The notes: generated by a model from the letters alone, not told the origin. A stretch of 64,000 bases of DNA from Lachnospiraceae bacterium (GCA_017436305.1 JAFSDJ010000082.1:33199-97198); one strand, 5' to 3'. Numbered from the stretch's first letter, positions 47,893 to 58,141 are shown. Made by a program: numbers and translations.

Positions 47893-48831
47893 ATGAAAGA
47901 GAAGAAATCATTTTCAATAATGAGTGGGAAAGCATTAAAGAAAAAAGTTGAAGAGGTAGCAAAGGTAGTTTTTACCATTTGCTCCTTCTTTGCTATTTTA
48001 GCAGTATTTTCTATTACATTTTATATGCTATACAGTGGAACTCCTGCTTTATTTAAAGTAGGTCTTTTGGATGTTTTATTTGGAACTGTGTGGGCTCCAA
48101 CAGCGCAAGAACCAACATACGGTATTTTATACGTTATTTTAACATCTATTGTAGGTACCACATTTGCAATTTTAATTGGTGTGCCTATGGGAATTTTAAC
48201 AGCCGTTTTTTTGGCAGAGGTTGCTCCAAAAAAGCTGGCTAATCTGGTAAAGCCGGCAGTAGAACTACTGGCAGGTGTACCTTCCGTAATTTATGGTCTT
48301 TTAGGACTTTTGCTATTAAATCCACTTATGTATAAATTGGAGCTTATAATTTTCAAGGACTCTAAAACACACCAGTTTACCGGTGGATCAAATCTGCTTT
48401 CGGCAATCATTGTATTGGCAGTTATGATTTTACCAACTGTAATCAACATTAGTGAATCGGCTTTAAGAGCCGTACCGGTACAATTGAAATCAGCCTCCCT
48501 TGCCCTTGGGGCATCTAAAATACAGACAATATTTCAGGTGATTCTTCCGGCTGCAAAATCGGGAATTATAACAGCCGTGGTTTTGGGCGTGGGAAGGGCC
48601 ATCGGTGAAGCAATGGCCATTACTTTGGTAGCAGGAAGCTCCGTAAATATTCCTCTTCCATTTAATTCAGTCCGGTTCTTAACTACAGCTATTGTAAGCG
48701 AAATGGCATATGCATCTGATTTACATAGAGAAGTATTATTTACAATTGGTCTTGTACTTTTTGCTTTCATTATGGTTATCAATTTATTATTAAGCAAAAT
48801 ATTGAAAAATGGAGGAAGCGAAAATGAATAA
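47893..48831 (+). CDS. pstC: Phosphate ABC transporter permease PstC
   Basis: Polytopic membrane protein with an EAA-type loop, in the position expected within the pst operon. Confidence 0.92.
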   Translation: MKEKKSFSIMSGKALKKKVEEVAKVVFTICSFFAILAVFSITFYMLYSGTPALFKVGLLDVLFGTVWAPTAQEPTYGILYVILTSIVGTTFAILIGVPMGILTAVFLAEVAPKKLANLVKPAVELLAGVPSVIYGLLGLLLLNPLMYKLELIIFKDSKTHQFTGGSNLLSAIIVLAVMILPTVINISESALRAVPVQLKSASLALGASKIQTIFQVILPAAKSGIITAVVLGVGRAIGEAMAITLVAGSSVNIPLPFNSVRFLTTAIVSEMAYASDLHREVLFTIGLVLFAFIMVINLLLSKILKNGGSENE

Positions 48832-49702
48832 AGAACAATCCATTAGAGGCAAAAAGACAAGAGTAGCGGATATTATTTTATATGTTCTTATTTATTTATC
48901 TGCAATTTTAGCGGTTGCGCTTTTGCTTCTGATTATCGGATACGTATTTGTAAAAGGAGCAAAAGAAATAAGCTTTAACTTTCTTACAACTGTAACAAGT
49001 GTCAGGAAAAATACAGTAGGTATTGCAGGGAATATAGTAAACACAGCTTATATTATTGTAATTACCCTGCTTATATCCACACCCATTGGTGTAGGTACTG
49101 CAATTTATTTAAATGAATATGCAAAACCCGGAAAGTTTGTAAAGCTCATTGAATTTACAACAGAAACCTTATCCGGTATTCCATCTATTATATTTGGACT
49201 TTTCGGTATGGTCTTTTTTGGAATCAAACTGAACCTTGGTTACTCATTGCTAACCGGTTCCCTTACATTAACCTTAATGGTACTTCCATTAATTACAAGA
49301 AATACACAGGAAGCCTTAAAGACAGTTCCGGATTCCTACCGTAATGGAGCGCTTGGAATGGGTGCCGAAAAATGGTACATGATTCGTACAATTTTACTTC
49401 CTAGTGCAATGCCCGGTATAATTACCGGTATTATTCTGGCAATTGGTAGAATTGTTGGAGAGTCAGCAGCACTTTTATTTACAGCAGGAAGCGGTTATCT
49501 CCTTCCAAAGGCAGGAATAGGATTATTAAATAAGATTTTGGAATCCGGAGGTACATTAACTATTCAGCTTTATTTAAGTGCTTCAAAAGCACAGTATGAC
49601 ACAGCATTTGGTATCGCACTTGTATTATTGGTGATTGTATTCTTAATTAACATGTTGACTAAATTCATAACAAAAAAGTTTGATGTAAACAGAAGAAAGT
49701 AG
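48824..49702 (+). CDS. pstA: Phosphate ABC transporter permease PstA
   Basis: Polytopic. GGAGGA lies 6 nt upstream of ATG 48824. The alternative ATG 48809 is less likely. It overlaps the pstC stop. Confidence 0.9.
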   Translation: MNKEQSIRGKKTRVADIILYVLIYLSAILAVALLLLIIGYVFVKGAKEISFNFLTTVTSVRKNTVGIAGNIVNTAYIIVITLLISTPIGVGTAIYLNEYAKPGKFVKLIEFTTETLSGIPSIIFGLFGMVFFGIKLNLGYSLLTGSLTLTLMVLPLITRNTQEALKTVPDSYRNGALGMGAEKWYMIRTILLPSAMPGIITGIILAIGRIVGESAALLFTAGSGYLLPKAGIGLLNKILESGGTLTIQLYLSASKAQYDTAFGIALVLLVIVFLINMLTKFITKKFDVNRRK

Positions 49703-49711
49703 GAAACGAAA

Positions 49712-50470
49712 ATGGAAAAAAGTAAACTCAGTATTAGTAGGCTGAATTTGTATTATGGAGATAATCATGCGTTAAAAGATGTGGATATGGAAATTAAAGA
49801 GGGTGCCATTACAGCATTTATTGGACCAAGTGGATGTGGTAAATCTACATTTTTAAAATGCTTAAACAGAATGAATGATTTGGTAGATGGTGTGAAAATT
49901 TCGGGAAATGTGTTTTTGGACGGGGAAGATATTTATGATCCAAAAGTAGACACTACTTTACTTCGAAAAAAAGTAGGTATGGTATTTCAACAGCCTAACC
50001 CATTTCCCATGAGTATTTATGATAATATTGCCTACGGACCAAGAATTCATGGAATAAAAAATAAAGCAAAATTAGATGAAATTGTGGAAGAAAGCTTAAG
50101 AGGAGCAGCAATTTTTGATGAAGTTAAAGATCGGTTAAAAAGCTCTGCTCTAGGGCTTTCCGGTGGACAGCAGCAGAGACTTTGTATTGCAAGAGCATTG
50201 GCAGTGGAACCGAAAGTGCTTTTAATGGATGAGCCAACTTCTGCATTGGACCCGATTTCCACTTTGAAAATAGAAGAACTTATGGTAGAGCTTAAGAAAA
50301 AGTATACGGTTATCGTAGTTACACACAATATGCAACAGGCAGCCAGAGTGTCAGATGATACTGCATTTTTCCTTGTAGGAGAAGTGGTGGAATTTGATAG
50401 TACAGATAATATTTTTGCAAGACCAAAGGATAAACGCACAGAAGATTATATTACAGGTAGATTTGGTTAA
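49712..50470 (+). CDS. pstB: Phosphate ABC transporter ATP-binding protein
   Basis: [23 protein letters not shown] and a typical PstB length of 252 aa. Confidence 0.96.
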   Translation: MEKSKLSISRLNLYYGDNHALKDVDMEIKEGAITAFIGPSGCGKSTFLKCLNRMNDLVDGVKISGNVFLDGEDIYDPKVDTTLLRKKVGMVFQQPNPFPMSIYDNIAYGPRIHGIKNKAKLDEIVEESLRGAAIFDEVKDRLKSSALGLSGGQQQRLCIARALAVEPKVLLMDEPTSALDPISTLKIEELMVELKKKYTVIVVTHNMQQAARVSDDTAFFLVGEVVEFDSTDNIFARPKDKRTEDYITGRFG

Positions 50471-50502
50471 GTTTTTAATTAGAAAAGGGAAAGGAAATTG
50501 CT

Positions 50503-51165
50503 ATGTCACCAAGAACAGTTTTTGAAGAAGAGCTTAGCGCTCTTAAAAATAATATACAGGAAATGGGCCAGGAAGTAGAAAAAGCTTATGACAGCCTTTT
50601 TGATGCCATCAAAGAAAAAGACAGAGAAACCATAGAAGCGCTAAAGCAAAATGACAGACGTGTAAACGACATGGAAAGAAAAATTGAATCCAGGTGTTTG
50701 GCACTTATTACGAAGCAACAGCCTGTAGCAAAGGATTTACGAATGATTTCCGCTGCACTAAAGGTAGTCACAGATTTAGAGCGTGTCGGCGACAATGTGG
50801 CAGATATTGCAGATTTGATTTTACGTCTGGACTTTGCAGATTTTAAGTTGTATTCTACACATTTAGAGACTATGATAGAGGAAACAAAGAAGATTATACA
50901 TGATGGTGTAGGTGCATTTATAAACAGAGATGTGGAAACAGCAAAAGAATTTTACAAACGAGATGATGTCATTGATGATTTATTTAACCTGGTAAAAGAA
51001 GACCTTGTTAATTGTTTAAAAAAAGAAGACCAGAATGTAGATAACTGTATTGATATTTTAATGATTGCAAAATATTTAGAGAAAATGGGAGATCATGCAG
51101 TTATTATAGCAGAATGGGAAGTATTTAGAGAAAACGGGACTATGAAAGAGTTTCGTATATTTTAA
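50503..51165 (+). CDS. phoU: Phosphate signalling complex protein PhoU
   Basis: 220 aa, with the two-repeat PhoU architecture and conserved D/E-x3-D metal motifs. Confidence 0.93.
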   Translation: MSPRTVFEEELSALKNNIQEMGQEVEKAYDSLFDAIKEKDRETIEALKQNDRRVNDMERKIESRCLALITKQQPVAKDLRMISAALKVVTDLERVGDNVADIADLILRLDFADFKLYSTHLETMIEETKKIIHDGVGAFINRDVETAKEFYKRDDVIDDLFNLVKEDLVNCLKKEDQNVDNCIDILMIAKYLEKMGDHAVIIAEWEVFRENGTMKEFRIF

Positions 51166-51237
51166 AGATGTGTTATAATGATTACCGTTCAGGGCCTGAA
51201 CAGTAACGTTATAATGCCAGAAAAGGAAGAAATTTGA

Positions 51238-51909
51238 ATGTTCTGTATTTATGTAGTAGAAGATGATAAAAATATTCGTGAAATTGAGACCTACGCTTTA
51301 AAAAACAGCGGTTATTCCGTAGAGGATTTTGAATGTGCAGCTACTTTTTATGAAGCATTGGATAAGAAAATTCCTGATTTAATATTGTTAGACATTATGC
51401 TTCCTGATGATGATGGATTATCCATGGTTGAAAAGCTAAAAGCCAGGGCTAATTTAAAATCGATTCCCATTATTTTAGTTACTGCTAAAACAACAGAGCT
51501 TGATAAAGTAAAAGGTCTGGATATGGGAGCGGATGATTATATATCCAAGCCTTTCGGTGTTATGGAGCTTATTTCAAGAGTTAAGGCAGTTCTTAGAAGA
51601 ACTGCGGATAAAAAAGAAGACAAGATTTTATCTATTGGGAATATTTTTCTGGATGATGAAAAACATGCAGTTTATGTGGAGGATGTTCCTTGTGAGCTGA
51701 CTTTTAAGGAATATGAACTGTTAAAGCTTTTGATGCAAAACGAAGGTGTAGTAACTTCAAGAGAAAAGATTTTGGAAAAGGTATGGGGAACCGATTTTGA
51801 AGGAGAGTCCAGAACACTGGATATGCATATTAAAACAGTGCGCCGGAAGTTAAAAGAAGAAGGTAGTCGCATTAAAACTGTGAGAAATGTCGGTTATATT
51901 ATGGAGTAA
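51238..51909 (+). CDS. phoP: OmpR/PhoB-family response regulator, probable phosphate regulon regulator
   Basis: REC plus a winged helix. The assignment rests on its position next to pst-phoU and upstream of a PhoR-like kinase. Confidence 0.8.
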   Translation: MFCIYVVEDDKNIREIETYALKNSGYSVEDFECAATFYEALDKKIPDLILLDIMLPDDDGLSMVEKLKARANLKSIPIILVTAKTTELDKVKGLDMGADDYISKPFGVMELISRVKAVLRRTADKKEDKILSIGNIFLDDEKHAVYVEDVPCELTFKEYELLKLLMQNEGVVTSREKILEKVWGTDFEGESRTLDMHIKTVRRKLKEEGSRIKTVRNVGYIME

Positions 51910-51912
51910 ACT

Positions 51913-53238
51913 ATGAAGAAAAAAATCAACCTGCAGTTACTGGAAATCGCAACATTGGCCATTATCTCTACAATGGTCATAACTGTTGCGATTTTTTATA
52001 ACTTATTTACCAATCAGTTAATGGACGATTTAAAGTCCTATACCTATATTATTGAAAAACTAGCGATAAAACAGAATTTTGAGCAGTTAAATGAATTAAA
52101 TTCGGAGCATTTGCGTATTACTATTATTAGTCAGGATGGTAGTGTACAGTATGATAGTGATTATGATAGCCAGGCTTTAGAAAACCATGGGGATCGTCCG
52201 GAAATTGCCAGAGCAAAAATCTATGGGGAAGGTGAAAGCATTCGGCGCTCCAGCACTATGAATAGAACAAACTTTTATTATGCCAGACAGCTTACTGACG
52301 GCATTATTATCCGAATAGGAAAAGAGGCAGGCAGTGTGTTTTACATGCTGGGCAATGCAATCCCTTATATTATTGGGTTAATTGTCCTTTTGCTGCTTGT
52401 TTGTGTTGTTTTAGCTCATTATTTAACAAAAAGTTTAGTAAAACCTATTGAAGAAATTGCAGCAAACATGGATAATATAAATGAGATTCCTATTTATAAA
52501 GAGTTGGTTCCTTTTGTAAATACAATACAACGTCAGCATCAGGATATTTTAAAAAATGCTCTAATGCGGCAGGAGTTTACGGCAAACGTTTCTCATGAAC
52601 TAAAGACCCCCCTTACATCCATTTCCGGTTACTCAGAGTTAATTGAAAATGGAATGGCAACTGCGGAAGATACAGTTCGGTTTGCGGGAGAAATTCATCG
52701 GAATGCTACTAGACTATTGAACCAGATAAATGATATTATACATTTATCAGAACTTGATTCCTCAGAAAATCATGTTACATTAGAGCCGGTAAATATTTAT
52801 AAGCTTTCCCAGACCTGTGTGGACATGCTTCAGGTTAATGCAGAAAAGCATCAGGTAAGCATATTTTTTGATGGAATCCCATGTCTTATTTTGGCAGATA
52901 AGGGAATGCTTGAGGAGCTGATTTACAATCTCTGCGATAATGGGATACGATACAATAACAAGGGCGGTATCGTAAATGTTACTGTAAAACCGGAGGGAGA
53001 AAAGGTAATACTTACGGTAGCAGATACAGGTATTGGTATTTCCAAGGAACATCAGGAACGTATTTTTGAGCGTTACTATCGGGTGGATAAAGGAAGATCC
53101 CAATCCACCGGTGGAACAGGACTGGGACTTGCCATTGTAAAGCATATTGTAGCAAGCTTAAATGGAGAGATTACTTTAGAAAGTGAAAAAGGAAGAGGAA
53201 CAACAATTCAGGTTGTATTTGATAAGAAGGAGTGGTAA
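51913..53238 (+). CDS. phoR: Sensor histidine kinase, PhoR-like
   Basis: Two TM helices, HisKA (NVSHELKTPLTSI) and HATPase_c (GGTGLGLAIVKH). It starts 3 nt after the regulator stop. Confidence 0.8.
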   Translation: MKKKINLQLLEIATLAIISTMVITVAIFYNLFTNQLMDDLKSYTYIIEKLAIKQNFEQLNELNSEHLRITIISQDGSVQYDSDYDSQALENHGDRPEIARAKIYGEGESIRRSSTMNRTNFYYARQLTDGIIIRIGKEAGSVFYMLGNAIPYIIGLIVLLLLVCVVLAHYLTKSLVKPIEEIAANMDNINEIPIYKELVPFVNTIQRQHQDILKNALMRQEFTANVSHELKTPLTSISGYSELIENGMATAEDTVRFAGEIHRNATRLLNQINDIIHLSELDSSENHVTLEPVNIYKLSQTCVDMLQVNAEKHQVSIFFDGIPCLILADKGMLEELIYNLCDNGIRYNNKGGIVNVTVKPEGEKVILTVADTGIGISKEHQERIFERYYRVDKGRSQSTGGTGLGLAIVKHIVASLNGEITLESEKGRGTTIQVVFDKKEW

Positions 53239-53239
53239 T

Positions 53240-53548
53240 ATGGCAGAAGTAGTATCTAAAGATAATTTTGAAGAATTAGTAATAAAAAGTGAGAAACCGG
53301 TTTTGCTTGACTTTTGGGCATCATGGTGTGGTCCATGTCAGTCCCAAACACCGGTTATTGAAGAGTTTTCAAAGGAAAATCCTGATATTTTCGTGGGAAA
53401 AGTAAATGTAGATACAGAGCCGGAGTTAGCCATGAAATATAAGGTTATGAGCATCCCAACACTTATCGTTATTAAAAATGGGGAAAAGGTTGCTTCCAAA
53501 GTAGGATTTTCCACAAAAGAGGAATTAAAAAAATTAGTCGAGGGATAA
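53240..53548 (+). CDS. trxA: Thioredoxin
   Basis: 102 aa with the WCGPC active site. ATG 53240 lies 1 nt after the phoR stop, so the track start at 53183 is rejected. Confidence 0.92.
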   Translation: MAEVVSKDNFEELVIKSEKPVLLDFWASWCGPCQSQTPVIEEFSKENPDIFVGKVNVDTEPELAMKYKVMSIPTLIVIKNGEKVASKVGFSTKEELKKLVEG

Positions 53549-53551
53549 TAT

Positions 53552-55033
53552 ATGATCTTTAATTCAATAGACTATCTGCTGTTTTTTCCGGTTGTGGTAT
53601 GTTTGTATTTTATTATACCAAAACGGCTGAAAAATTTATGGCTGTTAATAGTCAGTTATTATTTTTACATGCAATGGAATATGAAGTATGCCCTATTGTT
53701 AGCAGGCTCTACCTTGATTACCTATGTGGGAGGACTATTTATTGAAAGTCTTCGCACCAAGGGAAAGGAAGTGCCTGCTAAGGCTTGTTTAGGCATTACC
53801 TTTGGTTTAAATCTGTTTATTCTGTTCTTTTTTAAGTACATAAACTTTGCCATTGATAATGTAAACCGGTTAGCAGCGGCTATCCATGTGGAGACGGAAT
53901 TTGAACATTTTGACATTCTTTTGCCGGTAGGTATTTCTTTTTATATTTTTCAGGCTTTAAGTTATAGCATGGATGTATACAGGGGAGAAGTTAAAGCAAC
54001 CAGAAACCTATTAAAATATGCGTTGTTTGTTTCTTTCTTTCCACAGCTTGTAGCAGGGCCTATTGAACGGTCTAAAAATCTGTTGGGACAATTTGATAAA
54101 GAACATAAATTTAGTGTGGAAAATGTCAGAAGAGGCCTTCTTATGATGGCTTGGGGACTTTTTGTTAAAATGGTAATTGCGGATAATATTGCCCCTACAG
54201 TGGATCAGGTATTTGGCAATTACGATGGTTTTTCCGGAATTGAGATTATATTGGCTGTGATGCTTTTTGCAGTGCAGATTTATGGAGACTTTGCAGGATA
54301 TTCCCTGATTGCCATTGGCAGTGCAAAGATTTTAGATTTTCAGTTAATGGATAACTTTAAAAGCCCTTATTGTGCTGCAAGTGTTTCGGAATTTTGGAAA
54401 AGATGGCATATTTCTCTTACAAGCTGGTTTCGGGATTATTTGTATATTCCTTTAGGTGGTAATAGAAAAGGAATTATCAGAAAGCATATAAATACATTTA
54501 TTATTTTCTTTGTTAGTGGACTATGGCATGGAGCAGCATGGAATTATATTGCATGGGGTGCCCTCAATGGAATTTTTATGATTATAGAGCAACTAACTGC
54601 TAACTTTAGAAAAAAAGTCCGGGATAGATTTTTAGTTGACACAAACCGGTTTAGCTATAAGTTTGCAACCAGACTTACTACCTTTGTGTTAGTGGATTTT
54701 ACATGGCTGTTTTTTCGGGCAAACAGCATAGGGGATGCCTTTAGGATGATAATGAAATGTATTTATTTTCCGGCACCTGAGCGGTTAGGCGGCCTTGTTT
54801 TTTTAAGTATGGGTATGACTACTCAGGTAACGGTTGTGGTTATCCTGTCCATGATTTTACTTGCTATTGTGGATATTATGCAGTATAAAGGCATTGATGT
54901 GGTTTCCTTTGTATTTTCTCAGGGAGCATGGTTTCGATACGTGATTTATGCAGGTCTTTTGCTTGGAATCTTACTTTTTGGTGTATATGGCAATCTGTAT
55001 GAGCAGACCCAGTTTATTTACTTCCAATTTTAA
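53552..55033 (+). CDS. MBOAT-family membrane-bound O-acyltransferase (AlgI/DltB-like)
   Basis: 493 aa, polytopic. Contains the family signature RWHISLTSWFRDYLYIPLGGNR with the catalytic His. Confidence 0.92.
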   Translation: MIFNSIDYLLFFPVVVCLYFIIPKRLKNLWLLIVSYYFYMQWNMKYALLLAGSTLITYVGGLFIESLRTKGKEVPAKACLGITFGLNLFILFFFKYINFAIDNVNRLAAAIHVETEFEHFDILLPVGISFYIFQALSYSMDVYRGEVKATRNLLKYALFVSFFPQLVAGPIERSKNLLGQFDKEHKFSVENVRRGLLMMAWGLFVKMVIADNIAPTVDQVFGNYDGFSGIEIILAVMLFAVQIYGDFAGYSLIAIGSAKILDFQLMDNFKSPYCAASVSEFWKRWHISLTSWFRDYLYIPLGGNRKGIIRKHINTFIIFFVSGLWHGAAWNYIAWGALNGIFMIIEQLTANFRKKVRDRFLVDTNRFSYKFATRLTTFVLVDFTWLFFRANSIGDAFRMIMKCIYFPAPERLGGLVFLSMGMTTQVTVVVILSMILLAIVDIMQYKGIDVVSFVFSQGAWFRYVIYAGLLLGILLFGVYGNLYEQTQFIYFQF

Positions 55034-55049
55034 CAAAAAGGGGTTATAG

Positions 55050-55982
55050 ATGAAAAATAAGAAAATTCTTATATTTTTTATAAAGTGCATAGTGCTTCTG
55101 GTCTTGCTGTTTTTGTTATGTTTTGTGGAAATTATGCCACAATATTTGCAAAATAATCAGGCATCCTTAATTGATAAAGTAGAGAGGCTTCAGTCCATAG
55201 AAGGTTCTAAAATTGTGCTGGTAGGCAATTCCAATCTTCCTTTTGGAATTGTGTCACAGGACATAGAAGAGGCACTTGGTATGCCTGTAGTAAACATGGG
55301 ACTTCACGGCGGGGTAGGCAACGTGTTTAATGAACAGGCAGCAAAAATTAATGTTCATGAAGGGGATATTGTAGTGTTATGTCCTTCTAATTTTGATGAT
55401 GATGACAAAATAAAAAATCCGGAGTTAGCCTGGATTACCATTGAAAATCATATTGAACTTTATGGGTTTATAAGAATGAAGGACATTCCTGACATGGTAA
55501 AGGCCTATCCTTCTTATTTGAAAAAATGTATTAACCTTTGGACAAACGGTGTCGGTAACTTTACAGAAGAAGGCATTTACGCAAGACATATGTACAATGA
55601 ATACGGGGACAACATCAGCGATAGACCTGAAAGTCTTCCGGAGCTGGAATTTAGTCAGGTACAGGTGCCCGCCATTGGAGATACTTACGTTAAAAGAATT
55701 AATGAATTGAATGAATATCTGCAAGAAAGGGGCGCAACACTGGTGATTGCAGCCTATCCCATTGCCTATTATGAAGGTGCCCCTGCCAAGGAAAAATATG
55801 TTGATTTCCAGAAAGAATTAGAGGATAAAATGAACTGTCCGGTTATTTCTGATTATACTGATTATTGTTTGAAGCCGGAGCTGTTTTACAATACTTATTT
55901 GCATTTAACAAACGATGGGGCCAAAATACGAACACAGTTATTAATTCAGGATTTGAAAAATTATATAGAAAAGAAGGAATAA
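55050..55982 (+). CDS. Membrane-anchored extracytoplasmic protein, tentative DltD/SGNH-like partner of the MBOAT
   Basis: One N-terminal TM helix. An early VLVGNSN block and a C-terminal YLHLTNDGA block resemble SGNH/DltD blocks I and V. The function call is tentative, and no DHHW motif is present. Confidence 0.55.
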   Translation: MKNKKILIFFIKCIVLLVLLFLLCFVEIMPQYLQNNQASLIDKVERLQSIEGSKIVLVGNSNLPFGIVSQDIEEALGMPVVNMGLHGGVGNVFNEQAAKINVHEGDIVVLCPSNFDDDDKIKNPELAWITIENHIELYGFIRMKDIPDMVKAYPSYLKKCINLWTNGVGNFTEEGIYARHMYNEYGDNISDRPESLPELEFSQVQVPAIGDTYVKRINELNEYLQERGATLVIAAYPIAYYEGAPAKEKYVDFQKELEDKMNCPVISDYTDYCLKPELFYNTYLHLTNDGAKIRTQLLIQDLKNYIEKKE

Positions 55983-55985
55983 AAT

Positions 55986-57173
55986 ATGATCTCACCAAAG
56001 TACAAAGAAATGTTAAATCAAAAGTCCGTAATTAGGGAAATATCTGCTTATGCCAACAAACGGGGACAGGAAATAGGCTATGATAATGTATTTGATTACA
56101 GCCTTGGAAATCCTTCCGTACCTACACCTGAAAAGTTTAAGGAAGTTGCCATGAGGCTGTTAGAAGAAAAAGACCCTTTAACACTTCACGGTTACAGTGA
56201 AGGTCATGGTATCTGGGAAGTAAGACAGGCAGTGGCAGATTCATTAAAAAAACGGTTTGGAATCCCTTATACAGGCGATCACATATTTATGGCATCCGGG
56301 GCAGCAGGAGCCTTAGCTCATGCTTTTCGTGCAGTCAGCGTACCGGGAGAAGATATTATTACCTTTGCGCCATTTTTTCCGGAATATAAGCCTTATGTAG
56401 ATGGCTGTGGAGCAAACTTAAAAATAGTAGAAGCAGATACAGAAAATTTCCAGATTAATTTTGAAAAATTTGAAGAGCTTCTTTGTGAAAAAACAGCAGC
56501 CATTTTAATTAATACTCCAAATAATCCAACAGGCATTGTATATTCTAAGGATACTATTGAAAAGCTTACGGATATTTTAAGGAAAAAAGAAAAAGAATAC
56601 GGACATGATATTTATATTATTTCCGATGAACCATATAGAGAGATTGTATTTGAAGGTGTAGATGCACCGGTTGTTTCCAAGTATTATGACAATACGATTA
56701 TGTGCTATTCATTTAGCAAATCCATTTCCCTTCCGGGAGAAAGACTTGGCTATGTTGCAGTGAATCCAAACTGTAAGGATGCAGAATTAATTGTTCATAT
56801 GTGCACTCAGATTTCCAGAGGAACAGGTCATAACTGCCCCGCATCTCTGATTCAGTTAGTGGTTGCTAACTTATTGGAGGAGACAGCAGATTTGTCTGTA
56901 TATGAAGCAAATATGAATATTTTGTATAAAGAATTAACGGAACTTGGATTTATCTGTGTAAAGCCGGGAGGAACTTTTTATATGTTCCCAAAAGCATTAG
57001 AAGAAGATGCTAAAGAATTTTGCAAAAAAGCATTAAAGTATGATCTGGCATTAGTGCCGGGGGACAGTTTTGGATGTCCGGGATTTTTCAGAATCGCTTA
57101 CTGCGTTCCAACAGAAAAAGTGGAACGTTCTTTAGAAGCATTCCGTAAACTGGCGAAAGAGTATAATAACTAG
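55986..57173 (+). CDS. Class I/II PLP-dependent aminotransferase (aspartate/alanine aminotransferase-like)
   Basis: 395 aa. The SFSKS motif carries the PLP lysine, and NPTG and other fold-type I motifs are present. Confidence 0.9.
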   Translation: MISPKYKEMLNQKSVIREISAYANKRGQEIGYDNVFDYSLGNPSVPTPEKFKEVAMRLLEEKDPLTLHGYSEGHGIWEVRQAVADSLKKRFGIPYTGDHIFMASGAAGALAHAFRAVSVPGEDIITFAPFFPEYKPYVDGCGANLKIVEADTENFQINFEKFEELLCEKTAAILINTPNNPTGIVYSKDTIEKLTDILRKKEKEYGHDIYIISDEPYREIVFEGVDAPVVSKYYDNTIMCYSFSKSISLPGERLGYVAVNPNCKDAELIVHMCTQISRGTGHNCPASLIQLVVANLLEETADLSVYEANMNILYKELTELGFICVKPGGTFYMFPKALEEDAKEFCKKALKYDLALVPGDSFGCPGFFRIAYCVPTEKVERSLEAFRKLAKEYNN

Positions 57174-57185
57174 GAGAGTGATAGT

Positions 57186-58037
57186 ATGATGTATCAGGCT
57201 GGCCTTGTATTAGAAGGCGGAGGCATGAGAGGAATGTATACAGCAGGAGTGTTGGATTTCTTTTTGGATAAAGGAATTGAATTTTCAAACTGCTACGGTG
57301 TATCAGCCGGTTCCTGCCATTTGTGCAGTTACTTGTCAAAACAGAAAAAAAGAGCTTACCGTGTATCCGTAAAATATTTAAAAAACAAAAATTACTGTAG
57401 CATTTATAGTCTGTTAAAAACAGGAGATATTATGGGAGCTGATTTTTGTTACAACAGAATACCAAATGAGCTGGATATTTATGATTATGAGGAATTTGAA
57501 AAATATAAAGGTAAGGCATATGCAGTTGTAACCAATATCGAAAATGGAGAAACGGAATATCACAGGCTTGTGGACATGCATAAGGATATACAATGGATAA
57601 GAGCATCCAGTTCCCTTCCTTTAGTTTCAAGAAATGTGGAAATAGATGGCACATTATATTTAGATGGGGGAATTTCCGATGCTATTCCAATTCGCAAATC
57701 CATAGAGGATGGAAATAAGAAAAATGTTGTGGTGCTTACAAAGCATGTGGGATATGTGCGTAAGCCTACATCACATTTGGGTCTTTTAAAAGCCCGTTAT
57801 AGAAAATATCCTATGGTAGCAGAAATCATGAAAAAACGTCATGAAACATATAATGAAACAATGGAATTTTTAGAGGAGGAAGAAAGAAAGGGCAATATAT
57901 TTGTGCTTCGTCCTCAGTACGATTCTAATGTTGGAAGATTGGAAAAGGATAAGAAAAAATTAAGAGCCCTTTATAAACAGGGGTATCAGGATGCAGAAAA
58001 ATCTTATGAAGCAATGAAAGATTATTTAAATAAGTGA
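57186..58037 (+). CDS. Patatin-like phospholipase
   Basis: Oxyanion GGGMRG, nucleophile GVSAG (GxSxG) and the Asp of the catalytic dyad in LDGGISD. Confidence 0.9.
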   Translation: MMYQAGLVLEGGGMRGMYTAGVLDFFLDKGIEFSNCYGVSAGSCHLCSYLSKQKKRAYRVSVKYLKNKNYCSIYSLLKTGDIMGADFCYNRIPNELDIYDYEEFEKYKGKAYAVVTNIENGETEYHRLVDMHKDIQWIRASSSLPLVSRNVEIDGTLYLDGGISDAIPIRKSIEDGNKKNVVVLTKHVGYVRKPTSHLGLLKARYRKYPMVAEIMKKRHETYNETMEFLEEEERKGNIFVLRPQYDSNVGRLEKDKKKLRALYKQGYQDAEKSYEAMKDYLNK

Positions 58038-58052
58038 TTGTTCAATCATAGG

Positions 58053-58101
58053 ATTACGCAATTTGACAGCAAGTGTCTGGCTGTTGTGTGAATAGTAATT
58101 T
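58053..58101 (+). repeat. Intergenic hairpin repeat element, copy B
   Basis: attacgcaatttgacagcaagtgtctggctgttgtgtgaatagtaattt. It shares a 20-nt exact core with copy A and is flanked by the direct repeat cataggatta at 58047-58056 and 58110-58119. Confidence 0.85.
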
Positions 58102-58141
58102 AAGCAAACCATAGGATTAAAGACGAATTAGGAGAAAAAGA

